The notes: a model not told the origin generated them from the sequence alone. Counted from the first letter of the whole stretch, positions 13,802-24,493 are shown. The stretch: 58,974 nucleotides of DNA, filler included, from Basidiobolus meristosporus CBS 931.73 (GCA_002104905.1; 3 parts of 3 records of this genome joined end to end with filler, not necessarily neighbours in it); one strand, 5' to 3'. A program made the numbers and translations.

Positions 13802-14236
13802 AGTAGTTGTGTCTATGGGGCAAACAGTCTGACCTTCAACAATGTAACGCTAATATATCACTTTTTGGTCAATACTCATGTGAACTTAAGACAGTCTTGT
13901 ATTTGAGACATTGCACCTACATGAATGTAAGATTCAATGATGACCCACCATAGTAAGCATTACAAATAAAGTTGTGGCACCACATACACACATATATGTA
14001 ACACTATTTCCCCTTTGGTTTGACTCACTTCCATATATATGCTGCCAAAAAATAAAGCAAAGTTGTTTGGTTCTCAACCAAACCCCACCGCTAACAGCAA
14101 CAAAAGAACAGTTAGACAACAGCTTGCTTTGACATTCAGTGCAACAAGCGGGGCTACATCCAAAAAAGGCCCTGTGGACAGTGTGCCCATTGAAGGTAAT
14201 AATGTGCACTCCTCAGGCTCTTAGTCAAGTAGGCAA

Positions 14237-15508
14237 TTGAGAACCTCTGGGGAGCCACAAGCTGACCATTATGCTCAGGCAGATGAGAATGTAGCAAACG
14301 CAGTACCCTCTGTTGAAGATCAGCAAGTGGCCATGATAAAATCACCACCACCCATATTAGCAAGTATGTTGTCAGCTCATACCAAAGCATTAATGAAGCT
14401 ATCAGGTGCAGTGGCTGATAGGATAGATGCAATGGCCCAGAGAAATCAGGAAGTAGACCAGAATCAGGATGAGTGAATAATACATGAAGAGCAATCAATA
14501 TCCCAGGTAGAGAAAGCAGTATCTTTGCTGCAAAGAAGGAACTCAAGTAGCTCAATGTCACAGCCAAGAATTGAGCCATTTCCTGATGTAATAGCAGAGG
14601 AACACCATACAATCTTTGAAGCACAACAACAGTGCCCAAAGATAAAGCCCATAGAAGAACCTATCACAGCATGGGAGGGAGACAATGTGGTGTTTATACC
14701 AAAGCCTAAAAATCAAAAGACATTGAAGATCTGTGAAGCTGTTGAGTGCAATAATGAAGAGTGGGCTAATACACAAGAGGCTGTCAGGAGTCTAGCACCC
14801 CATCACCTTTAGGCCGGCATACCATGGGACCATCAGGAACTCAAGGCCAAGCAGGATGCACTTGACTTGTTCCATGAACATTATCCTGGACTCAAACGGG
14901 CAAACACATTTTGGGCCAGCATTGGTATGCTAAGAAAGTATCTTAAGAATAGCAGAAACTATCAAAGGCAGAAGAACAAGGGTGCCATGGCTAAAAACCA
15001 GCGGCTTCCTCAAGAGCCCATTACAAGCAGGGCTAGAAGCTCCAGACAAGTGTCAAAGAGACGTCAGGCAGCTGGAAGAGTGCCAATTAGGGACAAGCAG
15101 GCAGACATGGATGCACCAGCACAACATTTATCAAGGAAAAAGCATAGTACCACTCAAGAAGCACCCAGTCAATGTAGCAGTGAAGGACCTGGCAGTGATA
15201 AAACCAGCCGCTTTTACAGGAGCCCATCACAACTACAGTTGAGAGCTCAAAACAAGCTGAAAAGAAACATCAGGTTGCCAGAAGAGTGCCAGCAAGGGAC
15301 AAGCAGGTCAAAACAGAAGCGTCAGAGCAGAATTTATCCAGGAGAAAATGTAGTTCTCTACAAGAAGCACTCAGACAATGTGGCAGTCAAAGACCTGGCA
15401 GTGATAAAGGAAAAGGTAAATGGGAAAAAATATCTACCCAAGCCTGGAGACAGGGAGGCATGCAAAAAAAAACTGCAGCTCTTGCCAATTAAGGCTGCAA
15501 GCCAGGAA
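14237..15508 (+). pseudogene. Divergently oriented accessory ORF of the CACTA element (unknown function), with stops
   Basis: Consecutive plus-strand ORF pieces 14237-14476, 14525-14812, 14867-; homologous pieces at 37873-39052; internal ~200-bp tandem repeats. Confidence 0.5.
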
Positions 15509-15608
15509 NNNNNNNNNNNNNNNNNNNNNNNNNNNNNNNNNNNNNNNNNNNNTTAATTAATTAANNNNNNNNNNNNNNNNNNNNNNNNNNNNNNNNNNNN
15601 NNNNNNNN
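15509..15608. other. Assembly gap linker (N44-TTAATTAATTAA-N44)
   Basis: Ns around a six-frame-stop 12-mer; identical 100-bp linker at 45499-45598. Confidence 0.98.
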
Positions 15609-15970
15609 TAGATATATATTAAAATAACAATTTATTAATTAAATAGTCATCAAGACTTATACAGAGTGTATGGACAGTATAGGGAGACAAATATTGGCCC
15701 AGACATGCCCACCATATGAGCAGACAATGTGCCAATTGTAGGGTAAAAATATTTATGGTTAGGGTGATAAGGGTTAGGAGGAGGAATTCTAACCCTAAGG
15801 GACCAGAACCAAGAATGAGAGAAAAGTAATCCAACGGGAATTTAAAGAGTATAAGAGCAGTATGGGGATTGCATCCCCCAAACCCCCTGCTTTTTTATTC
15901 TCTAGGGGACTGCGTCCCCCAGACCCTCTGCTCTTCTAACCTTTTTCTAGCCCTTACTATAACACCTACA

Positions 15971-15985
15971 CCCTAACCCTAACCC
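15971..15985 (+). repeat. Interstitial telomeric repeat (CCCTAA)2CCC
   Basis: ccctaaccctaaccc directly 5' of the first ORF1-only element. Confidence 0.85.
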
Positions 15986-16910
15986 TTCTCTTCTCCCTGC
16001 TAATTTCCCACCCACCCACCCCATCCTACCCTCTTCTTCTCATTTCTTATGCCTTCACTGCATTCCCTTCAGATTTCCTTCCTTGAGGAAAGGCTTGCAC
16101 TTGTTGAAGCTGAAAATGCTTTACTCAAGAAACAAGTTCAAAAGCTCTTTTCTGCCTTCTCTGATCTGCAAGAATCTATTGTCCCTGTGTCAACTCTTCC
16201 TGCCAACAAGACTCCCCAAGAATCATCTGCTCCTGCTCAATCTTCCTACTCTGAAGCTGTCAAAAAATCTGTTCCTGCTTCCTCAAGACATCCTGCTGCT
16301 CTTCCCAAGACTAAAAGAAAGTTTCCTGCTACTTCTGATTTGCCTCCTGCTACTGACTGGGCTGTCTGCTACTTTGCCAATGTGGAGTTTATTCCTATAT
16401 CTGAGCATAGGATGTATCTCAAGCAACAGGGTTACAATTTATCCAAGATTGTTAACATGAGATTTATCAACCATCACACTCTTGGAGGTAGTACTTGACA
16501 AAAGTATTGCTGAACAATTCTCTCAACATGTCTCTGACCAGTTTTATTGGGAACCTACTGAACATGCCTTTAAAGAGTTTCCTGATTCTCCAGTTTACAA
16601 GACCTTCTCATTAGAGGAATCTCTACTCTCAAGATTCACTTCACTTATCAAAAACTCCCCTTCACCTGCTGTTACCCACTTCTTAAAAGACTATTATATC
16701 TCTCAAGCTTATCTACTTCACTCCCCCATGAACCTGAACTCCAGTGTACTCTGGGATACTGCTTTAACTTTAGCTTAGATTTATTCATATTCAACTTAGT
16801 GTTTACTTTGGGAATCTTCTATTCCCAGCTGGCTTCTTTATTTGTAGTTAGACTTGTCTGAAATCAAATAAAGATTTCACCTACCTTGGTGACTTTCCCT
16901 CCCCTAACCC
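15986..16910 (+). mobile_element. ORF1-only telomeric retroelement (family 2), copy a
   Basis: ORF1-like frame, ~130-nt 3' UTR, double hairpin, ends CCCCTAACCC; highly similar to 17621-18545. Confidence 0.8.
16049..16778 (+). pseudogene. Family-2 ORF1-like protein with a +1 frameshift (~16482)
   Basis: 730 nt versus 729 nt in the intact copy; CTCTTGGAG versus CTCTGGAG. Confidence 0.8.
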
Positions 16911-17157
16911 TTCACCTGCTGTTACCCACTTCCTCAAAGATTATTATATCTCTCAAGCTTATCTACTTCACTCCCCCATGAACCTGAACTCCAGTGTACT
17001 CTGGGATACTGCCTTAACTTTAGCTTAGATTTATTCATATTCAACTTAGTGTTTACTTTGGGAATCTTCTATTCCCAGCTGGCTTCTTTTTTGTAGTTAG
17101 ACTTGTCTGCATTCAAATAAAGATTTCACCTACCTTGGTGACTTTCCCTCCCCTAAC
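16911..17157 (+). mobile_element. 5'-truncated family-2 copy b (3' end only)
   Basis: Repeats 16661-16907; ends in the double hairpin plus CCCCTAAC. Confidence 0.85.
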
Positions 17158-17400
17158 TTAGCTCAGATATAACCAGATTCTCACTTCTCAGGCCTGGCTT
17201 TCCAGGAAACCTCTCTCAGACCTAGCTAACTAGGAAATATAGTACCACTCAGCTTCTCAACTCTCAGACCCGGCTTACCAGGAAGATATCTCTCAGACCT
17301 AGCTTTCTAGGAATTACTTCAGATTAACTTGGCTTCTTTAGATACTTGTCATAAGTAAATAAAGATTTCACCACTTGGTGACTTTCCTCCCCCTAACCCC
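17158..17400 (+). mobile_element. Non-coding structured module (NC), 5'-truncated copy
   Basis: Reverse-complement match to 53081-53325; four CCTRG-CTWW-CYAGG hairpins (one with a mismatch) plus terminal double hairpin. Confidence 0.8.
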
Positions 17401-17643
17401 TTCTCTTCTCCCTGCTAATTTTCCTAACCCAGGAATAATCCATCCATCTACCCTTGTCCATCCATCTATAAATTCTGACTTCTGGAATTTTTGCTCCTTC
17501 CTTCTCTTCTCCCTGCTAATTTTCCTAACCCAGGAATAATCCATCCATCTACCCTTGTCCATCCATCTACCCTTGTCCATCCATCTATAAATTCTGACTT
17601 CTGGAATTTTTGCTCCTTCCTTCTCTTCTCCCTGCTAATTTTC
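17401..17643 (+). repeat. 5' tandem repeat, 101- and 119-bp units plus a partial unit, (ATCC)n-rich, containing CCTAACCC
   Basis: Unit starts TTCTCTTCTCCCTGCTAATTT at 17401, 17502 and 17621. Confidence 0.9.
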
Positions 17644-17684
17644 CCTCCCACCCACCCCATCCTACCCTCTTCTTCTTATTTCTT

Positions 17685-18413
17685 ATGCCTTCACTCCATT
17701 CCCTTCAGATTTCCTTCCTTGAGGAAAGGCTTGCGCTTGTTGAAGCTGAAAATGCTTTACTCAAGAAACAAGTTCAAAAGCTGTTTTCTGCCTTCTCTGA
17801 TCTGCAAGAATCTATTGTCTCTCTGCCAGCTGTTCCTGTCAACAAGACTCCCCAAGAATCATCTGCTCCTGCTCACTCTTCCTACTCTGAAGCTGTCAAA
17901 AAGCCTGTTCCTGCTTCCTCAAGACATCCTGCTGCTCCTCCCAAGACTAAAAGAAAGTTTCCTGCTACTTCTGATTTGCCTCCTGCTACTGACTGGGCTG
18001 TCTGCTACTTTGCCAATGTGGAGTTCATTCCTATATCTGAGCATAGGATGTATCTCAAGCAACAAGGTTACAATTTATCCAAGATTGTTAACATGAGATT
18101 TATCAACCATCACACTCTGGAGGTAGTACTTGACAAAAGTATTGCTAAAGAATTCTCTCAAAATGTCTCTGACCAGTTTTACTGGGAACCTACTGACCAT
18201 GCCTTTAAAGAGTTTCCTGATTCTCCTGTTTACAAGACCTTCTCATTGGAGGAATCTCTGCTCTCAAGATTCACTTCACTTATTAAAAACTCCCCTTCAC
18301 CTGCTGTTACCCACTTCCTCAAAGATTATTATATCTCTCAAGCTTATCTACTTCACTCCCCCATGAACCTGAACTCCAGTGTACTCTGGGATACTGCCTT
18401 AACTTTAGCTTAG
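17685..18413 (+). CDS. ORF1/Gag-like protein (242 aa) of family 2: coiled coil plus conserved C-terminal domain
   Basis: LPPATDWAVCYFANVEFIPISEHRMYLKQQGYNLSKIVNMRF..LEVVLD aligns with LPPASTWTVVYLKQVPWTPISNIRKALK..LSRIVNLAW..LEVILD of ORF1 56489-57997; both end in LWD(T/S)A. Confidence 0.85.
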   Translation: MPSLHSLQISFLEERLALVEAENALLKKQVQKLFSAFSDLQESIVSLPAVPVNKTPQESSAPAHSSYSEAVKKPVPASSRHPAAPPKTKRKFPATSDLPPATDWAVCYFANVEFIPISEHRMYLKQQGYNLSKIVNMRFINHHTLEVVLDKSIAKEFSQNVSDQFYWEPTDHAFKEFPDSPVYKTFSLEESLLSRFTSLIKNSPSPAVTHFLKDYYISQAYLLHSPMNLNSSVLWDTALTLA

Positions 18414-18536
18414 ATTTATTCATATTCAACTTAGTGTTTACTTTGGGAATCTTCTATTCCCAGCTGGCTTCTTTATTTGTAGTTAGACTTGTCTGCAAGC
18501 AAATAAAGATTTCACCTACCTTGGTGACTTTCCCTC

Positions 18537-18580
18537 CCCTAACCCTAGCCCTAGCCTAGCCCTAGCCCTAACCCTAACCC
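18537..18580 (+). repeat. Interstitial telomeric tract with CCCTAG/CCTAG variants
   Basis: ccctaaccctagccctagcctagccctagccctaaccctaaccc. Confidence 0.9.
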
Positions 18581-18881
18581 CAGTTCCCCCAGTCTACTGG
18601 CCATTCCAGCCACAATTTAGCTACCGCAAACCAGTATAACTTAGCTCAGATATATTCAGATTCTCACTTCTCAGGCCTGGCTTTCCAGGAAACCTCTCTC
18701 AGACCTAGCTAACTAGGAAATATAGTACCACTCAGCTTCTCAACTCTCAGACCTGGCTTACCAGGAAGATATCTCTCAGACCTAGCTTTCTAGGAATAAC
18801 TACAGATTAACTTGGCTTCTTTAGATACTTGTCATAAGTAAATAAAGATTTCACCACTTGGTGACTTTCCTCCCCCCTAAC
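18581..18881 (+). mobile_element. Non-coding structured module (NC) copy
   Basis: Reverse complement of ~53083-53382; hairpins at 18676, 18704, 18752, 18781. Confidence 0.85.
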
Positions 18882-19608
18882 AAGCTACTGGCTGTTACTC
18901 CTCCTACAACTTCAGCTCCCAACTGCCTTCTTCTACTCAAGCAGTTTGTCTTCCCTGTCCTGGAATTTGGCTTACCACTTCTCTCTCTTACTTCTAAAGA
19001 CTGCACTAAGCTTGACAAGTTTGCAGTATGGTGCATTACCTCCTTGGTGCCTCATTTGCCTGAATGCCCCTACAGACATGCTATTCTAGGTGCTTTTGGG
19101 TTTATGCCCTATAAGATCAGACTTCTCTACCTTAGAACCAGATTATATCTCAGACTTCACAACTGCAACAACCCACTGGTTAAGGCGTGGAAGAGAACAC
19201 ACCACACAACACCTGGCTCCTGCTGGAGAACTATACTTGGAGATCCTGAAGTCAAGAAGTTTGCTCACTACATTCTGCAGTCAGAAAAACCCAAGCTGGC
19301 CTACCTGAAGTACTTGACAGACCTTTGGCAGCAATATCTGCAGCAGCACACTCCCTTTATGATAAATATCAATCCTTATCACATTCCCCTCATTGATGTT
19401 GTTCACAAGTCATTCTTACCTCTCTTGCTACCCCCCTTCCCACTGAACAGTGTCTTGAGCACTGAAGAACTATCATCACTTCTTATTAACTTACCTACAA
19501 ATTCCCCTCAGCTACACACTCTTGTATCAAAGCTACAACAGTAGCGCTGGCTTCATTGTTTCAACTGAAATGAAGATTTGACCTGTTGGTGACTGTCTCC
19601 CCCCCTAA
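18882..19608 (+). mobile_element. 5'-truncated copy of the autonomous LINE (family 1), ORF2 C-terminal 220 aa plus 3' UTR
   Basis: KLLAVTPPTTSAP...LVSKLQQ* matches the end of ORF2 (53720-54383) with few substitutions; 3' hairpin partly decayed. Confidence 0.92.
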
Positions 19609-19845
19609 GTGCCTAGTAAATCTAGCCAGTGATCACTCAGAAATTCCCCTCAGTTCCCCCAGTCTACTGACCATTGCAGCCACTAATCAGCTACCACACA
19701 TCAGTGCAACTCATCTCACATGTAGTCAGCTTCTCACTTCTCAGACCTAGCTTTCTAGTGTTAACTCCAGATTAACTTGGCTTCTTTAAAAACTTTTCAT
19801 AAATAAATAAAGATTTTGCCGCTTGATGACTTTCATCCCCCCTAA
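19609..19845 (+). mobile_element. Older, degenerate NC module at the proximal end of the left array
   Basis: Diverged homolog of NC with internal deletion and mutated double hairpin; ends CCCCCCTAA, joined to tandem-array spacer DNA. Confidence 0.75.
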
Positions 19846-21150
19846 GTGAAGTCTACACTCCATGTTGGCTTCAAGTTGACTCCTAGTCTCCTAACGCACT
19901 TCATTTTATTGACAAAGTTTTACTTAGTATTCTCATACCTCTGATACCTTTCTAATCAATATTATGTACAAGTGATCTTAGTGGCCAGGCACATAACCAT
20001 CTGCGATCAGATCATTCTTATATGTACTAAAATGAAATATATATGGCACCTTTATTTCATGTAGATAAAGTACAAATTTTACGTGTTGGCGATTGTTCCA
20101 CTGGCATACTTGGCTGTTACTTAGCATCCACACACCTCAATGAAGATATAGATCGGAGGCCAGCCGTAATATCTAAAATAAGTAATGATCTTGGCATCTA
20201 CAGATTTCCTTAACCCCATTTGCTCATGCAAATCAATCCAGCCACTATAGATCAGCAATAAAGAATGCCCATGATAATTACTTTCTCTACGCGCATTTAT
20301 CCCTCATCAGAACATTACGTCAGAAGCCAAAGCACATAAACGGATTACAGGTAATCGAAATGGAAGCCTAACTAAAATAGAACACTGGCTTGGCGCAGGT
20401 TACATTGATTCTAGGTCATGATGTATAAACAAGGATCACCCAGTATGGAGTGATAGGCCAAACAAGGTCAGCTCTCAGTCTTGGATGTCTTTCATACTCC
20501 TTACTGAGCCTATCTATTACGTGAAGCAAGGAAGGCAGCGCCCAAGTCTAATGCGCAACTCAGATGGTACACCAATGCCTACAATGTCCGATCCCATCAC
20601 CTACCAAACGAATCTTCACTGGCTATATTATCGCTCATCCCGAGACCCATACCAACAGACTATGCAAAATCCAGACTTTCCACCTAATTTGTATCTTGCA
20701 CCCCGGGTTAGTTTTATAGGAGCAAGTTGATATATGAAATGTATGCAAGGATATACCCCGTTTGGTCTTGCATTTTATATCGGTTTCTATTTATCTCCTC
20801 ATTTGGTAAATCAATCGACGGTGACCTGTGCCTCAGTGTTTGAGTACCACTCCACCAAGTTGGTGGGTAGGAGGCAGCTAGAATGCTGTATCACTAAATT
20901 GAGTAACGTAAGAGAATATTCTACTTTCGTGAATAACTCCGTGTGGCCCTTGGTGTAGTTAGGATTCTGTTGCCACCCAGTGTATGGTAGAATGCGGTGG
21001 AAAAATGTTAGCAAGTAAGTAGCAGAAGAAGGTTGGAATTTTCTACTGCGATAAGGCATCAGTCAGATAATGGAGGGGAGCAAGTGCATCATCGGTATAA
21101 AATGGATGATCTGCGCGTAGTTGTGGATCATCTCAACCCACAAGATTAAT

Positions 21151-21819
21151 ATGCAACTTCGCCTGACTGGCCTAGCTGTTTGGACCGTGCTTGCTACTTC
21201 TGCCTTAGCTAAGCCCATCGGGATTGCTCTTGACCTCACAGGGAAGATTCCTGCCCTGACTTCCACACCGATTGCGCAAGAGTATCCTGTCGATGTTCCT
21301 TGCAACAACTCCACAGAGGCGCAGAATCTGTACGGCGGCTTTCCAGTTTGTAATCCCGCATGGTTCTCTGGGGTGGTGGCTACAGAGCTGGATGCCAAGT
21401 TTCTGATCTGGACAAGCCCCTCCAACCAAAAGGCCATTGAGGATAACGATGTCAACGAAGCTGTTGCCGCAACCGCGACAATCTCTTTAGCCAATGGTGC
21501 TAGCGGCGTGGATGGCTTCCCCATCACATATCCAGAGTTTAGGCAGTGTGCGAACATCGACCCTGTTGAAAACAACGGAGGCTTTGTCCTATACTGGCCC
21601 ACCGAGGCTATCTATTGCTTTTACAGCGAGTCCAACTGTGTTGGAGAGCGAGTGTGCATGATCCCCCATGGCCCTGGCTCTGAGTACAACACGATCATCC
21701 CTGCTACCGAGAACATGATCAAGAATGGACTTCGCAGCAGTGTGGTGCTGCCCATGATGCCAAAGGATGGCTACAAAGCTCCGTATACCATGAATCCTTA
21801 TGAGAATTATGACTATTAG
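21151..21819 (+). CDS. Secreted Cys-containing protein of unknown function, copy 1 (222 aa)
   Basis: Signal peptide MQLRLTGLAVWTVLATSALA-KP; intronless ORF; TATA-like TATAAAA ~55 bp upstream; paralog at 47413-48111. Confidence 0.85.
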   Translation: MQLRLTGLAVWTVLATSALAKPIGIALDLTGKIPALTSTPIAQEYPVDVPCNNSTEAQNLYGGFPVCNPAWFSGVVATELDAKFLIWTSPSNQKAIEDNDVNEAVAATATISLANGASGVDGFPITYPEFRQCANIDPVENNGGFVLYWPTEAIYCFYSESNCVGERVCMIPHGPGSEYNTIIPATENMIKNGLRSSVVLPMMPKDGYKAPYTMNPYENYDY

Positions 21820-22221
21820 AAATGACACGTCGGCCATTTGGCTTTGGTCCAGATTGATTACATAGAGAAAAGACGACTACGCATAGTATCCAAGTACATA
21901 TTAATAAACCGTGCAAGCAAACATGACTTTACTAATGAACAAGAATATCAAGGTTATTGTTGTATGTATTTCTGACCGCAAAACCTGATGCCAGGATTTG
22001 TCGGCATTTACGAGGTAACAATCACTATGGCCTCAAGTGAAGATTGGTATCAAGGGTTTAAGCAGCAGTCCACCATGTGGATATCTTGGATAGTCTGCGA
22101 GAGCCAAGCAGGATAACGAAAAGCATTATAAACCATAGTACACCAGCGCACGTTGGCATGAGACTAAGGTCATCATAATGGTATTTACTTTACCGAGTTA
22201 CAAATACTCGGATGTTACATT

Positions 22222-22855
22222 TTAGTTGCACAGATCTCCACTTTCGTTGACACCGCCATTGACATTACCTCCATTTCGGCGCCCGTTACCTCGATCACCG
22301 GTACCACTGCCTCCGGCCACGTTTCCAGCATTCTCATTATTGCCAGCATTGCTGGTCCCTCTGCTTCCAGTACCACCGTATACCACTACTAATACTTCCA
22401 TCCCCACTATCACCACTTTATCACCATTCTCATTGCCAGCACCCCTACTTCCAGAATCATAGCCACTAGTACCTTTGCCTCGGTATCCCTTATTACCGCC
22501 ATTTCTGTTTTCAGCCCCACTATAAGCACCGGCACCGTTTCCTCCATTTTCGTTGGCATTGAAAATATTGGTTGTGTTGTGCGCACCATTGCCCCTCTTC
22601 GGCTGTAATCTCCTACTCAATGACCCATCGTTGATGGTAGCTAGACCAGAGAGAATCCATGCATGATTCGAATTTCTCTGCAACTTCTTCAATCTCAGAT
22701 ATTATATGTTGTTATACTATTTACACAATATCACGAGGCAAACACCCTGGATTCCTCCTTATGTCCTACTACTCCAGCCTTGCCCGTTTCTCGTTGCTTA
22801 AGTAGGTCAATGCACTGCTGTACATGGCTACTATGATGAAGCCGCACATTACCAT
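22222..22855 (-). pseudogene. Gly/Asn-rich putative secreted protein gene or relic (convergent companion), copy 1
   Basis: Hydrophobic start MVMCGFIIVAMYSSALT at 22855 plus GGN-rich ORF 22222-22692; splicing unresolved. Confidence 0.45.
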
Positions 22856-24493
22856 ACGTTTGATGATATTGATTGTAATTATGTAAAGCACTGTATAATG
22901 ATTTGCTTTTAAGCCGCTGTGTACATAGTGTGGGGGTTTTGCCACCTCAGTCTCAGCCAAAAAAATAGATTATACCAAACTGGAGGAATTCACCTTCCAC
23001 TGCCACTACTCTATGTCCCCATATCTCCCCGAAATACGCTACTAACTTAATTTTCTACCATACCCTATCACGATGATTACTTAAGGCTTCCCAGCAGTAA
23101 GAATAGGCACCCCAAAGCCTGGGTAATATGTCATCTCGCCCACTCCTACTCATATTGCAGACTACTTCTAGGAGACACTCAGATGAAAGGGTTTACTAAT
23201 CTTGCCCAGAACTCCAACGATGCTTACTTAAGCTGTATCGGTGTCTGTGGAGAGGGTACATTGATGTCTGCCCTCCATTTGAGTGACATGTTTACCAACT
23301 CACTTCATTTTGTAGACAGACTTTACTTGGTATACTCAAGCCTTTGAAATCCTTTAGCTCGGTATTAACTACAATTGGACTTAGTGGCCTTTCACATAGG
23401 CATCTGAGTTCGATTCATTCCTTTGTACAATGAGTTGGCTCAACAAGGCATTATTACTTAATGTAATTGAAATAAATATCTTACGTGTTGGTGGTTGTCT
23501 TCCCCCCGCGTTTGTTCCACTGGCCGATTCGACTGTTACGTGGTATCCACACACCTCAATGATACTACAGATTAGAAGCCTGCCATATAATAGGTAATCA
23601 TTGAAAAGTAATGATCTTGGATCTACCAATTTCGCTAATCTGGTTTGCCCAAACAAGTTCATGCAAATCGAACAAGCTGTTTAGGATTAGTAATAAAGAA
23701 TGCTCCTGATAACTACATTCTCTAACCGCATTTATCCCTCATCGGCGCTTTTTGTCAGAAGTGGAAGTACACACATGGATCGCTGGCAATGAAAACAGAT
23801 GCCAAACTCAATTAGGCCACTACCCAGGCTCAGGACACTTTGTTTCTAGCTCATGATGTATAAAAACAAATCACCCATTATGGAGTGATAGACCATATCA
23901 GGTAAGCTCTCAGTGACGGAGGCACTCATACTCCTTGCTGACCGCGTCCAAGGCTAATGCGCAAAGATGGTGCTGCAATATCTACATTGTGTAATCTTAT
24001 CAATTACCACACGATTCTACACTGGCCGCTTTAAGGCTAATAATTAGGCCCATCACAACAAACTTGGCTAGGTCCAGACCATCCACTAAATTTGCATCTT
24101 GCACACCGGGTTAATCTAAATGATACATGACCTGTATTTGATATCGAATTCTCTTTATCTCCCTGATGTGACCACCACTCCACCAAGTTAGTCGGAGGGA
24201 GGCAGCTAGAATTTTTACTGACAAACAACCACTTGTATTACTAAATTGAGTAACGTAAGAGAATATTCTACTTTCACGAATAACTCCGTGTGGCCCTTGG
24301 TTTCGTTAGGATTCTGTTGCCACCCAGTGTATGGTAGAATGTGAAGGAAAGATGATAGCAAGCAAAAATCAGAAGACTGGAATTTCTACTGCGATAAGCC
24401 ATCAGTCAGACAATGGATGGGAGCAAGTGCATCATCGGTATAAAATGGAGGATCTGCGCGTAGTTGTGGACCATCTCAACCTACAAGATTAAT

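Larger units (their letters stand above)
10649..15508 (-). mobile_element. CACTA/EnSpm-superfamily DNA transposon, decayed; right end lost in gap
   Basis: Terminus CCCTATGAAAAATAAT at 10649 inside Copia RT; transposase remnants on the minus strand; 13.2-15.5 kb is homologous to 37.2-39.3 kb. Confidence 0.8.
17401..18545 (+). mobile_element. ORF1-only telomeric retroelement (family 2), full-length copy c
   Basis: 5' ~100-bp tandem repeats, intact ORF, 3' double hairpin followed by telomeric repeats; no RT present. Confidence 0.8.

Noticed and set aside
15553-15564. Palindromic TTAATTAATTAA within Ns (also 45543-45554)
   Set aside because: Identical 100-bp linker with stops in six frames; an assembly artefact, not biology.
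17491-18096. Alternative-frame Leu-rich ORF overlapping family-2 ORF1 (also 16083-16460)
   Set aside because: By-product of the pyrimidine-rich, CpG-free strand; no counterpart in family 1.
18660-18800. Hairpin repeat array as CRISPR
   Set aside because: Eukaryotic context, spacers short and identical between copies, no cas genes.
21063-21916. Antisense ORFs overlapping the arrayed gene (repeated in each unit)
   Set aside because: Shadow frames; their conservation follows from near-identity of the sense CDS.
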